Below are positions 1-8,364 of a stretch of DNA of 64,000 nucleotides, one piece after another. The stretch lies in NCBI GenBank assembly GCA_026129255.1, contig JAHCIJ010000002.1:322234-386233 (forward strand), written 5' to 3'. The notes under the pieces are model-generated. The model was not told where the DNA came from, ran no database searches, and saw only the letters and a list, made by a program, of their open reading frames with translations. A program made the translations under genes and the position numbers. The DNA comes from Anaerolineales bacterium (GTDB lineage: Bacteria > Chloroflexota > Anaerolineae > Anaerolineales > UBA11579). Every line of letters starts with the position of its first letter. Positions within the stretch are counted from its first letter, which is position 1.

Positions 1-750
1 TGCTCGTAGCCAAAGTCCAGCGGGCCGCCGAAGCGCGCCTGGTTGTAGGCCAGCAACGCCGCGGCTACCAGCAGAATCGGCAGCGCCGCCTGTGCGCCCC
101 AGAGCAGTAGCCCTTTCAGCTGGATGCGTTTCATATGCATGGCGGCGATGCCCAGCAGCAACGGGAAGCTCAGCGCTACGTTAGGGCGCGCCGCCACGGC
201 CAGCCCCAACGCCACGCCAGCCAACCAGGCCGGGCCGCCGCGCACAGCGGTGTACACGGAGAGCGCTACAAAGGTCACCGTGCAGATCTGCGCCACGAAC
301 CACACTTCGCCCAACGTGGCCATGTACCAGTGCACACTCCCTAGCCCAAACAACAGGGTCAGCCATAGGTTGTCGCTTGTGCTGAGCTGCGTCCATCCGC
401 GCCGGGCCAGCTCATTAAGAATGAGAAACACCAGCACCACACTGGCTGCACCCAACACGGCAGTGAACACGACGGTGTTGAGCGAGCCAACACCGAACAG
501 CGCTACCCACGGCAGCATAAGCAGAGCGGGCAGCGGCGGGAAGGGTACATACCACTGCCCGTTGTGCAGCGTCAGGTCAATCGTGGTGGGTGGATCGATC
601 AGATACAGGCGTCCCTGCACAAAGGCTTCAGCCAGTAGGTTGAAGTAAGCCGCAGAGGGGGTGTAGGCGCGCTCCCACAGGGCCACAGGGATCAGGTAAG
701 CTGCCAAGGCTAGAATAAAGCACAGCAATGCCAGGGTATACGTCTGTTTC
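1..750 (-). CDS. Polytopic membrane protein, probable GT-C/GT39-type (ArnT/PMT-like) glycosyltransferase; 3' end lies outside the window
   Basis: Own translation of the minus strand from ATG 750..748: MKQTYTLALLCFILALAAYLIPVALWERAYTPSAAYFNLLAEAFVQGRLYLIDPPTTIDLTLHNGQWYVPFPPLPALLMLPWV... The frame is open to position 1 and has many hydrophobic helices. It is missing from the ORF track because it runs off the edge. Confidence 0.55.
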
Positions 751-859
751 ATAGCTTCCTTGGTACTAAGCCTATCATTACTTTGCTGTGTAAGAATATG
801 CCCAGCGTATACGACTAAATTGAAACTCTTGCAAGGTATACTTGTGCGAAAGGGTACAA

Positions 860-1519
860 ATGACTGAAGCAAGCACTCAAGTATTGGACATTACTCAGGC
901 AGCCAGCGAGAAGATCGCTGAGCTGATCCGTACGCGTGGCAAACCCGGCTTGGCCGTGCGCGTGGGCATCCGCGGCACGCTGCCGGGTGGTGGCTACCAG
1001 ACCGAATTCAAGTTCCAGGATCGCAACGGCGCTTCGCCAGAGGACATTGTGCAGCCGGCCGGCGAGTTCGATTTCCTGTTCGCGCCCGACGTGGCCGACA
1101 AGGTGCAGGGCTGCCGCGTCGACTATGACGACCAGCGCTACGCCGCCGGTTTCAACATCGAGTATCCGCCCGCGCCCTTCGGCCCGCCCGCCGACCGTGT
1201 GCGCACGGACTGGAGCGATCCGCTGGCCATCCAGGTGCAGCAAGTCATCAACGAGTACATCAACCCCGGCGTCGCCGGCCACGGCGGCTGGGTGCTGTTG
1301 ACCGATGTGCGCAGCACATCGGTCTATGTCGAGATGGGCGGCGGCTGCCAGGGCTGCGGCCTCTCGGCCGTCACCCTGCGCCAGGGCATCGAGCGTGCCA
1401 TCATGGAAGCTGTACCCGAGGTCAAAGAAGTTATTGATATCACGGAGCACGGCGAGGGCGAGAACCCGTACTACTCACAGGAAGCGGCTCAAGATCTGGG
1501 CGCCTCGCCCTTGGCGTAA
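860..1519 (+). CDS. nfuA: Fe-S cluster biogenesis protein, NfuA-like (IscA/HesB-like N-domain plus NifU C-terminal domain)
   Basis: MTEASTQVLDITQAASEKIAELI...GLAVRVGIRG is an A-type carrier-like N-domain. The C-terminal HGGWVLL...VEMGGGCQGCGLSAVTL carries the Nfu CxxC motif. ATG at 860 preferred over TTG at 842. Confidence 0.8.
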   Translation: MTEASTQVLDITQAASEKIAELIRTRGKPGLAVRVGIRGTLPGGGYQTEFKFQDRNGASPEDIVQPAGEFDFLFAPDVADKVQGCRVDYDDQRYAAGFNIEYPPAPFGPPADRVRTDWSDPLAIQVQQVINEYINPGVAGHGGWVLLTDVRSTSVYVEMGGGCQGCGLSAVTLRQGIERAIMEAVPEVKEVIDITEHGEGENPYYSQEAAQDLGASPLA

Positions 1520-1555
1520 ACAAACCGCAGAAAGCCTTAACCACAAAGACACAAA

Positions 1556-1588
1556 GGACACAAAGATTAATCTTTGTGTCCTTTTTTT
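1556..1588 (+). terminator. Intrinsic terminator after nfuA
   Basis: ggacacaaaga-ttaa-tctttgtgtcc followed by ttttttt. Confidence 0.85.
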
Positions 1589-1699
1589 ATAGGGTAAGTG
1601 CTATGGAGAGTGCATGCCTGCCCTAGCCGCAAGAAATGCGTGCACCCCGAGCAAAGCGAGGGACCCCCGCTGGCATATGGATGAAACCTGCCTTACGTC

Positions 1700-2131
1700 G
1701 AAGATGTGCCAGCAAGGATTCCTTCGCTGGTCTGGGTTCGTGCGCTGCTGCGCAGCGCGGTCTGGCGAGGACGTAGAAACCCGCTCAGGATGACACATGG
1801 GGCTGATGTAGGGAGGTCTAAGACCCTCCCCTGCGCTCGACATAAGTATCGCTCTAAATGCAATACGCGCGGATAAAAAGTCTTATCTGTGTTTCTCCGT
1901 CCATCTCCTTATGTAGAAGATGTGCCAGCAAGGATCCTTCGCTGGTCTGGGTTCGTGCGCTGTTGCGCAGCGCGGTCTGGTGAGGACGTAGAAACCCACT
2001 CAGGATGACACGGGGATGTTGTAGGGGAGGGTCTAAGACCCTCCCCTACGCTCGACATAAAGTGTCGCTCTAAAGGTAATACGCGAGGGTAAAAAAAGTC
2101 TTATCTGTGTTCATCCGCGTCCATCTGCGGT
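1700..2131. repeat. Tandem direct repeat, about 216 bp x 2, each unit holding GC-rich hairpins
   Basis: gaagatgtgccagcaaggat(t/c)ccttcgctggtctgggttcgtgcgctg(c/t)tgcgcagcgcggtctgg... starts at 1700 and again at 1916. Each unit contains the hairpins gcgctg-ctgcg-cagcgc and ggggagggtc-taa-gaccctcccc. Confidence 0.9.
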
Positions 2132-2162
2132 TAAAGGTTTTTGCAGCTTAGCTTTTGCGCGC

Positions 2163-2735
2163 CTATGCCTTCAACCAATACTCGCCCGCCGCGCGCTCCA
2201 TCAGCTTCATCTCGATCAGGCCGCGGCGCAGGCTGGCCGTGTCCTCGTGCAGGTTCGCCAAAATTTTGTTGACCTCTTTTTCGGGGTAGCGTTTGCCTGG
2301 CTTGAACAGGGTGGCCGCGTGGCGCAATATCACCTCAAACTTCTTGCGCTGTACCGGCAACGCTTTGAGTTTGCCATCCGGCCCACTGAAGTTGCGCATC
2401 ACGGCGCGGTCATAGGCGTGCATGTCCACATCGTGCGCCACGGCGGGCAGCGTCTCCTTGGCGAGCAGCCGTTCGGCCATGCTCTCCAGCTGGTCCTTAC
2501 GGAGTTCATAGATGCTGTAGTGACCCTCGGCGCGGGCGCTCACCAACCCGGCGCGCCCGAGTACGGCCAGATGATGAGACACCGTGGGCTCGGTGAGCTC
2601 CAGCAGGCTGGCCAGCTCTTCGACAGCGCAGGGGCCTTGCGCCAGGATGCCGGCGATCTTGAGCCGCTTGGGCTCAGCCAGGGCTTTGAAAAAATCCAGT
2701 AGCTCAGTTTCCGTGCTGATCTTGTCTCGTCTAAT
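2163..2735 (-). CDS. ArsR-family HTH transcriptional regulator with a DUF2087-like C-terminal domain; start codon uncertain
   Basis: The frame upstream of the listed GTG (2582) reads ...ELLDFFKALAEPKRLKIAGILAQGPCAVEELASLLELTEPTVSHHLAVLGRAGLV, a classic ArsR wHTH. The frame is open back to the TAA at 2741..2739 but holds no ATG/GTG/TTG before the HTH. Confidence 0.7.
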   Translation of the reverse strand: MRRDKISTETELLDFFKALAEPKRLKIAGILAQGPCAVEELASLLELTEPTVSHHLAVLGRAGLVSARAEGHYSIYELRKDQLESMAERLLAKETLPAVAHDVDMHAYDRAVMRNFSGPDGKLKALPVQRKKFEVILRHAATLFKPGKRYPEKEVNKILANLHEDTASLRRGLIEMKLMERAAGEYWLKA

Positions 2736-2847
2736 TGATTAGATATGTGTCTAATTATATTGACCATTCAGAATGTGTCAAGAGCGTATTTGTTGTCCCG
2801 AATGAGGCGTGCGCTTCAGCGCGGCCGAGGAGGATCCCCAGTTGCCT

Positions 2848-2973
2848 GTCATTGCGAGGAGCATTGCCGCTGTGCGGCAAGCGGACGAAGCAATCTGGGC
2901 TTGGTCCTTAAAAGCAGACAAGATTGCTTCGTCGGTTCCAGCGCGTTAGCGCTGGAACACTCCTCGCAATGAC
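2848..2973. repeat. Nested palindromic intergenic element (cattgcgagg / cgaagcaatc family)
   Basis: gtcattgcgaggag...gacgaagcaatct...agattgcttcgtc...ctcctcgcaatgac. Outer and inner inverted repeats pair. Same family as 48825..49431 and a fragment at about 41028..41068. Confidence 0.85.
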
Positions 2974-2983
2974 ATAAGCAAAC

Positions 2984-3015
2984 AAAAAAAGCCGCTCCAT
3001 GGAGCGGCTTTTTGT
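2984..3015. terminator. Bidirectional intrinsic terminator (serves rpoD on the minus strand)
   Basis: aaaaaaagccgctcc-at-ggagcggcttttt. Confidence 0.8.
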
Positions 3016-3052
3016 TCTTTAGGTCTGTCTACTGTAAACTGTCGACTACCAA

Positions 3053-4213
3053 CTATCCACTGCCCTGCACATAATCGCGCAGCTGGCGGGCGCGCAGCGG
3101 GTGGCGCAGGCGGCGCAGCGCCTTGCCCTCGATCTGGCGAATGCGCTCACGCGTCAGGCCAAACTTCTCGCCCACTTCTTCCAGCGTGTAGTAGCGTCCG
3201 TTTTCCAGGCCAAAGCGCAGCCGCAAAATGCGTGCTTCGCGCGGGCTCAGCGTACCCAGCACCTCGTGCACCTTTTGCTCCATCATGTTCTTGTAGGCGG
3301 TCTGGCTGGGGCTGGGGCTGTTCTCGTCTTCCACGAACATGCCCAGCTCCGAGTCCTCCTCATCGCCCACCGGGCTCTCCAGCGAGAGCGGCAGCCAGCT
3401 GACGCGTAGCATCCAATCGATCTTGCCCACATCCTCTTTCATCTCTTTGGCCAGTTCTTCCAAAGAGGGCGGCTGGCCGTTCTTTTGCTCCAGCTGGTGG
3501 GCCGTCTTGTACAGCAAACGAATACGGTCGATCATGTGCACCGGCACGCGGATCGTGCGCCCCTGGTCGGCGATGGCACGCGTGATCGTCTGGCGGATCC
3601 ACCAGGTGGCATAGGTCGAGAAGCGGAAGCCACGCCGGTGGTCAAACTTGCTCACCGCTTTCATCAGGCCCAGGTTGCCCTCCTGGATCAAGTCCAGGAA
3701 CGGCACGCCGCGGCTCATGTACTTCTTGGCAATGCTCACCACCAGGCGGGTATTGGCGCGGATCAAGTGGTCACGCGCCTGGCGGCCGTCTTCCACCACC
3801 GCCTCCAGCTGGCTGCGCTTGTTGGCGTTGCTCTCCTGCTTCCTCAGCTGGCTGATGGCCTTCTTGGCGGCTTCCATGCGCTTGGCCAGGCTGACCTCCT
3901 GCTCCATGTTGAGCAGCGGCACAGCCGACATTTCCTTAAGGTACAGGCCCACCGTATCGATCACTTCGTCGGCGGGCAGCTCATAAGCTTCGGCAGCATC
4001 TGCATCCGGCTCGGCGGTGCCGAGGGCGGCCAGGCTGTCGTCGTCGGCCTCCTCGTCGCTGAGGTAGTGCCAGCGCAGACGCTCAAAGTCCTGCAGCTCG
4101 TCGCGCATGAAGCCGTCGGGGCTGCTGTTGTTGCTCAGCTCGTCCAACGGGTTACCTTCGAACAGTACGGGCTGCTCGTTTGAATCGTCATCAGGGTGGG
4201 ACTGAAAAGACAT
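3053..4213 (-). CDS. rpoD: Primary RNA polymerase sigma-70 factor
   Basis: Regions 1.2-4 are recognisable: ...RLVVSIAKKYMSRGVPFLDLIQEGNLGLMKAVSKFDHRRGFRFSTYATWWIRQTITRAIADQGRTIRVPVHM... and LTRERIRQIEGKALRRLRHP. Confidence 0.95.
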   Translation of the reverse strand: MSFQSHPDDDSNEQPVLFEGNPLDELSNNSSPDGFMRDELQDFERLRWHYLSDEEADDDSLAALGTAEPDADAAEAYELPADEVIDTVGLYLKEMSAVPLLNMEQEVSLAKRMEAAKKAISQLRKQESNANKRSQLEAVVEDGRQARDHLIRANTRLVVSIAKKYMSRGVPFLDLIQEGNLGLMKAVSKFDHRRGFRFSTYATWWIRQTITRAIADQGRTIRVPVHMIDRIRLLYKTAHQLEQKNGQPPSLEELAKEMKEDVGKIDWMLRVSWLPLSLESPVGDEEDSELGMFVEDENSPSPSQTAYKNMMEQKVHEVLGTLSPREARILRLRFGLENGRYYTLEEVGEKFGLTRERIRQIEGKALRRLRHPLRARQLRDYVQGSG

Positions 4214-4249
4214 AACTCCTCCTAGCGGTAGATCTCGTGCACTACCGAG

Positions 4250-4795
4250 CTACTCTTTTGGGTCCAGCAGGTCTTTCAACGCTGCAAAACGCGGGTCTTG
4301 GGTTTCTTCGGGCGAAGGGTCTGGCTCGGCAGGGTGCTGCGCGTGGCCGCAGTCATGCTCATTGAGGTTGGTGCCACATTCCACGCACAAGCCTTTGCAA
4401 TCCGGGCGGCACAGCGCGGTGATGGGCAGATCCAGCAGCAGATACTCACGTGCCAGCGGGGCCAGGTCGATCTGGTGGCTGGGCGGCACCAACAGCTGCG
4501 AATCGGTCACCGAGCGCTCGTCAAAGGCATACAGCTCGGTGAATTCGGTGGCGATCGCCAGGCTAAAGGGCTCCAGGCAGCGGGCGCAATCGGCGCCGGT
4601 GCGGCCGCTCAGCGTTACCTGGGCTACCAACCCCTGCGGGGTGCGGCCAAAGGTGACGCTGCCCTTGAGCTCGGTGACGGTAAAGTCTTCCGAGAGCACC
4701 ATTTCGCCCACATCAAATTCAATGGTACGGCTGTAACCAGCATCGGCTTTGACGAGAAAGCCAACATTTATGCGTAGGGGGTTACTTTTTGCCAT
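4250..4795 (-). CDS. yceD: DUF177/YceD-family protein
   Basis: The 181-aa protein has ...CARCLEPF... and ...LCRPDCKGLCVECGTNLN..., typical YceD/DUF177 Cys motifs and size. Confidence 0.75.
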   Translation of the reverse strand: MAKSNPLRINVGFLVKADAGYSRTIEFDVGEMVLSEDFTVTELKGSVTFGRTPQGLVAQVTLSGRTGADCARCLEPFSLAIATEFTELYAFDERSVTDSQLLVPPSHQIDLAPLAREYLLLDLPITALCRPDCKGLCVECGTNLNEHDCGHAQHPAEPDPSPEETQDPRFAALKDLLDPKE

Positions 4796-4832
4796 TTTTG
4801 ACCAGCCACAACAGGCGAAAATGCCGTCGATT

Positions 4833-4871
4833 CAAAAAGAATCCTTTGCGACCGTGATTGCAAAGGATTCT
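4833..4871 (-). terminator. Leader hairpin plus U-tract between the promoter and the yceD start
   Basis: Minus strand: agaatcctttgc-(10 nt loop)-gcaaaggattct followed by ttttt. It lies about 38 nt upstream of the yceD ATG and just downstream of the promoter at 4887..4915. Confidence 0.55.
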
Positions 4872-4886
4872 GAAAGAGTTTCGCAG

Positions 4887-4915
4887 ATTATAACAAAAAT
4901 TGCAGAATCGGTCAA
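4887..4915 (-). promoter_or_regulatory. Near-consensus sigma-70 promoter facing yceD-rpoD
   Basis: Minus strand: TTGACC (4915..4910), a 17-nt spacer, then TATAAT (4892..4887). Confidence 0.6.
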
Positions 4916-5030
4916 TAAGTGACGGAAAATACGGGTGGACTCAGAAGAATCCCCCTGTTAGTACGGGTAGGGTACTGTTGTGTAGAGTCTTTGTTCTGAT
5001 TCGTGCGCCACCCCGGTTTACAATGCAGCC

Positions 5031-5636
5031 ATGCCTCGCCTCCTGATCGCTACCAACAACGCCGGCAAAGTACGTGAGCTGCGAGCATTGCTGGCGCCGC
5101 TGCCCGCACTGACGCTATGCACGCCAGCCGAGCTCAACCTGGCGCTGGATCCGCCGGAAACGGGCAACACCTACGCCGAGAACGCCGCCATCAAGGCGCA
5201 GGCCTTTGCCCAGGCCGCCGGGTTACCGGCCCTGGCAGACGACAGCGGCCTTGAGGTCGCCGCCCTGGGCGGCGCGCCGGGCGTGCACTCCGCCCGTTAC
5301 TCACCACAGCCCGGCGCAACAGACGCTGACCGCCGCCAGTACCTGCTGGCGCAGCTGGCGGCTCTCGGCCAGCCGCAGCCCTGGCCGGGCCGCTTTGTCT
5401 CCACGGTGTGCCTGGCACTGCCGGACGGCCAGACCTATTTTGCAGAAGGGGAGTGCCGCGGCGAGATCACTGCGCAGGAGCGCGGCAGCGGTGGCTTTGG
5501 CTATGACCCCATCTTCATTGTGGAGGATACTGGCTGCACGATGGCGGAGCTCAGCTTTGACGACAAGAACCGCCTCAGCCACCGGGCGAGGGCGGTGCAG
5601 GCAATGTATGAGACGCTATTAGCACTGAAGGATTGA
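5031..5636 (+). CDS. rdgB: Non-canonical purine NTP pyrophosphatase (RdgB/HAM1 family)
   Basis: MPRLLIATNNAGKVRELRALL...ENAAIKAQA...ADDSGLEV...GGFGYDPIF... are family motifs. Confidence 0.9.
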   Translation: MPRLLIATNNAGKVRELRALLAPLPALTLCTPAELNLALDPPETGNTYAENAAIKAQAFAQAAGLPALADDSGLEVAALGGAPGVHSARYSPQPGATDADRRQYLLAQLAALGQPQPWPGRFVSTVCLALPDGQTYFAEGECRGEITAQERGSGGFGYDPIFIVEDTGCTMAELSFDDKNRLSHRARAVQAMYETLLALKD

Positions 5637-5730
5637 AACCTCACCACAAAGACACAAAGGGTCACGAAGAAATCAAATCATCTCAAAGAACTAAATACTC
5701 ACTTTGTGTTCTTTGTGCCTTTGTGGTTTG
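5637..5730. repeat. Long imperfect inverted repeat built from (C)ACAAAG octamer-like units
   Basis: ccacaaagacacaaaggg... pairs with ...cactttgtgttctttgtgcctttgtgg. The same accacaaagacacaaagg motif occurs at 1539..1560. Confidence 0.65.
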
Positions 5731-5807
5731 CCTTAGCTTACAGCTTACGGCTTATATGCGGCTATAATCAGATGAATCAACGATCACTCAACTAAAGGAC
5801 TCATTGA

Positions 5808-6296
5808 ATGACCTACGAAGAAGTGCTGGCAAAAGCAGTCACCGAGGGCGCCATCCGGGCTTTCCGTCTGAGTGACAACACTGCCTATGTATACCGCCTG
5901 AAGGATGGCAAATACGAGGCGCGCACGCTGCTTGCGCGTGACGGCGTGTGGGAGCTGGGGCCAGTGCTGGTGAGCGGCAAGAACGTGGGCCGCACGCCCG
6001 ATGGCTGGTATCCTGTGATCGGCTTGCCGCACCGCGCCAAGCCGATCGGAGATGAAGCCGCCGAGAAGAATGCGGGCTACTCTACCCAGAGCCTGCAACA
6101 GTGCTACAGCTGCAAGCAGTTCAAGCCCGAAGCCGAGTTTGTGCGCGAGGGCGGCGACTCCTTCCGCAACTGGGAGTGCAACGAGTGCTACGAGCGCCGC
6201 ACGCGCGAGTGGGCCATGCTGGCCCCCGGCCGCCGTGGCGACTTCCTGGATAAGGACACCCTGGTTTCCCCACCGCCGCAGCAGGGAAAGATCTAG
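5808..6296 (+). CDS. Hypothetical protein with a C-terminal CxxC...CxxC zinc-ribbon-like motif
   Basis: The 162-aa ORF carries CYSCKQF...WECNECYERR. Codon usage looks coding. No family recognised. Confidence 0.55.
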   Translation: MTYEEVLAKAVTEGAIRAFRLSDNTAYVYRLKDGKYEARTLLARDGVWELGPVLVSGKNVGRTPDGWYPVIGLPHRAKPIGDEAAEKNAGYSTQSLQQCYSCKQFKPEAEFVREGGDSFRNWECNECYERRTREWAMLAPGRRGDFLDKDTLVSPPPQQGKI

Positions 6297-6299
6297 TCG

Positions 6300-6479
6300 A
6301 TGTCGCTGCTCAAGCTGGTTGCCATTGCCCTCGGGCTCATGGGCCTTGTGTTCTTGGTGCAAGGGCTGGGGCTCACCGCCAGCCTTTTCCCCAGCTATAT
6401 GGATAACGATCTGCGCTGGTCGCTGGTGGGGATTGTGGCCATGATCGCCGCAGTCTTCCTCTGGCAGCGCAAAGCCTAA
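6300..6479 (+). CDS. Small (59 aa) two-helix membrane protein, below the ORF-track cutoff
   Basis: Own translation: MSLLKLVAIALGLMGLVFLVQGLGLTASLFPSYMDNDLRWSLVGIVAMIAAVFLWQRKA. It starts 4 nt after the upstream stop and is followed by a terminator. Confidence 0.5.
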   Translation: MSLLKLVAIALGLMGLVFLVQGLGLTASLFPSYMDNDLRWSLVGIVAMIAAVFLWQRKA

Positions 6480-6496
6480 AAGCAACCCGTGCTTCA

Positions 6497-6529
6497 AAAT
6501 GCGCCGAAGGTCTCGGCGCATTTCTTTTT
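6497..6529 (+). terminator. Intrinsic terminator
   Basis: aaatgcgccga-aggtc-tcggcgcattt followed by a T-rich run. Confidence 0.8.
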
Positions 6530-6651
6530 AATAAGCAACTTGTTCGCAAATTCACACCAAAAATAGATGCCAATTGGTGGAAGGTTTTGGCGTACTTTAT
6601 CGTTATAGTTGTGAAGTTAATACGAAGACATACAGCTTGGAGGTCATTCTG

Positions 6652-7473
6652 ATGCAATCCCGTACTTTTCTTTTCTCTTGTTTGCTCATTCTCGCCATTG
6701 TGCTGACCGCCTGCGGTGGGCAGAGCAGTGATGCTGCCATTGCCACAGGCATTGCCCAAACATTGCAGGTTAGCCAGCTGGAAACGGCCGCGGCTGCCAA
6801 CAATGACGCACAGCCTACGCCAGCGGTGGAGAACACTCCCCAGCCCGAGAACACCGAGGAGGCTGTGCCGGAGATCGCTCTGGTGTCTGTGTCCACAGAC
6901 ACCAACTGCCGTTCTGGCCCCAGCCAGCACTACAAGCTGATCACCACGGTGACCGTAGGCCAGCAGGTGGAGGTGCTCAAGACCTTTGCCGACTCTGATT
7001 ACGTTGTGGTCCAGAACCCCAACGGCGCAGGCGACTGCTGGCTGTGGCTGCGCTATGCAGACACCACAGACTTCACTGCCTATGACCTGCCCACGGCCAC
7101 CCAGCCGCCCACACCCACGCCCACCATCACGCCCTCGCCGACCCCGTCGTACGACTGGTCTGGCAACTGGACCATCCGCGTGTTCCACGGCGGTGTGGAG
7201 CGCACTGGCGCCATGAGCTGCTCGGTAACTGGCATGAGCGTCACCTGCAGCGCCGTCACCAACCCCGGCGCCTTCGCCTACTCCTTCACCGGCACGATTG
7301 CCCCCGGCCACCAGGATGCCAGTGGTACCTTTGGCGGCACGGGCAGCGGCAACTGGCAGGCGCGCATCACCGCGCCCGGCTCAGCGACGTTCATCGGCAA
7401 TCTGGATATGGGCAGTTGGGAGTTCTGTGGCGTCCGTTCTGGCGCCTTCCCCAGCCCGTGCAAGTGGCCGTAG
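6652..7473 (+). CDS. Secreted lipoprotein, SH3b-like domain plus Cys-terminated C-domain (paralog 1 of 4)
   Basis: GGAGG RBS. MQSRTFLFSCLLILAIVLTACGG has a lipobox. ATGIAQTLQVSQLETAAA is followed by VSVSTDTNCRSGPSQHYKLITTVTVGQQVEVLKTF..DYVVVQNPNGAGDCWLWL (SH3b-like), a PT-rich linker, and a C-terminal ...FCGVRSGAFPSPCKWP. Confidence 0.8.
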   Translation: MQSRTFLFSCLLILAIVLTACGGQSSDAAIATGIAQTLQVSQLETAAAANNDAQPTPAVENTPQPENTEEAVPEIALVSVSTDTNCRSGPSQHYKLITTVTVGQQVEVLKTFADSDYVVVQNPNGAGDCWLWLRYADTTDFTAYDLPTATQPPTPTPTITPSPTPSYDWSGNWTIRVFHGGVERTGAMSCSVTGMSVTCSAVTNPGAFAYSFTGTIAPGHQDASGTFGGTGSGNWQARITAPGSATFIGNLDMGSWEFCGVRSGAFPSPCKWP

Positions 7474-7508
7474 AAATAGGCGATTTTTATCCATTGTGAG
7501 GAGAGAGA

Positions 7509-8327
7509 GTGACTGTTCGTAAAGGCGCACTCGTAGTTTTGCTTGGGTTGGCTCTGTTGCTGGCCGCCTGTGGCGGCCAGATGGAAGCAGCGATTGCCAC
7601 CGGCATCGCCCAGACCATGCAGATCAGCCAGCTGGAAACGGCTGCGGCTGGCAACAGCAGCAGCAACAGCGGCGGCGTGCAGGCTACGCAAGCCCCGCAG
7701 AGCGATGAGCCAGCCCTCGGGGCGGCATGGGTGTCGGTATCCACAGACACCCATTGCCGCTCCGGCCCCAGTGCCGCGTACCAGCTGATCACCACGATCA
7801 CCACGGGGCAGCAGGTGGAGGTGCTCAAGACCTTCCCCAACTCTGAGTATGTGGTGGTACAGAACCCCAACAGCTCGGGTGACTGCTGGTTGTGGTTGCG
7901 CTACGCAGACACCAGCGATTTCTCGGTCTATGACCTACCCACCGCCACCCAGCCGCCCACGCCTACGGCTACCCTCACACCCACGGTGACGCCTACCCCC
8001 ACACCGCTGCCCAGCTTTGGCGGCACATGGACCGGTAGGTTGTACACGAACGCCATTAACGGCTACACCGACAGTATCACCTTCGTGATCTCTGGCAACA
8101 GCATCAGCGGAACCAGCCTTTGGTATGGGTCTACACACACCCTCGTTGGCACGCTGTCCAATAATGGCCAGCAGGCCAATGGCACCTGGACCAACACCTT
8201 CGGTCTGAGCGGAAACTGGGTAGCCTTTTTGCTGAATAACAATCAGTTCAATGGCAACGTCAGCGGCCAGGCCTTCTGTGGCTGGCGCGGCGGAGCCAAC
8301 CTGCCCAGCCCGTGCAATTCGCCGTAG
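7509..8327 (+). CDS. Secreted lipoprotein, SH3b-like (paralog 2 of 4)
   Basis: GTG start after GAGGAGAGAGA. Lipobox LLAACGG. Same ATGIAQTMQISQLETAAAG and DTHCRSGPS...GDCWLWLRYA blocks. C-terminal FCGWRGGANLPSPCNSP. Confidence 0.8.
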   Translation: MTVRKGALVVLLGLALLLAACGGQMEAAIATGIAQTMQISQLETAAAGNSSSNSGGVQATQAPQSDEPALGAAWVSVSTDTHCRSGPSAAYQLITTITTGQQVEVLKTFPNSEYVVVQNPNSSGDCWLWLRYADTSDFSVYDLPTATQPPTPTATLTPTVTPTPTPLPSFGGTWTGRLYTNAINGYTDSITFVISGNSISGTSLWYGSTHTLVGTLSNNGQQANGTWTNTFGLSGNWVAFLLNNNQFNGNVSGQAFCGWRGGANLPSPCNSP

Positions 8328-8364
8328 CACTGGCTCATGGGTTTAAACAACAAGGAGAGAGAAA

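Noticed and set aside
124-648. 174-aa + strand ORF at the window start
   Set aside because: It is antisense to a convincing multi-TM glycosyltransferase-like frame that runs from 750 to the window edge. Its translation has no coding character.
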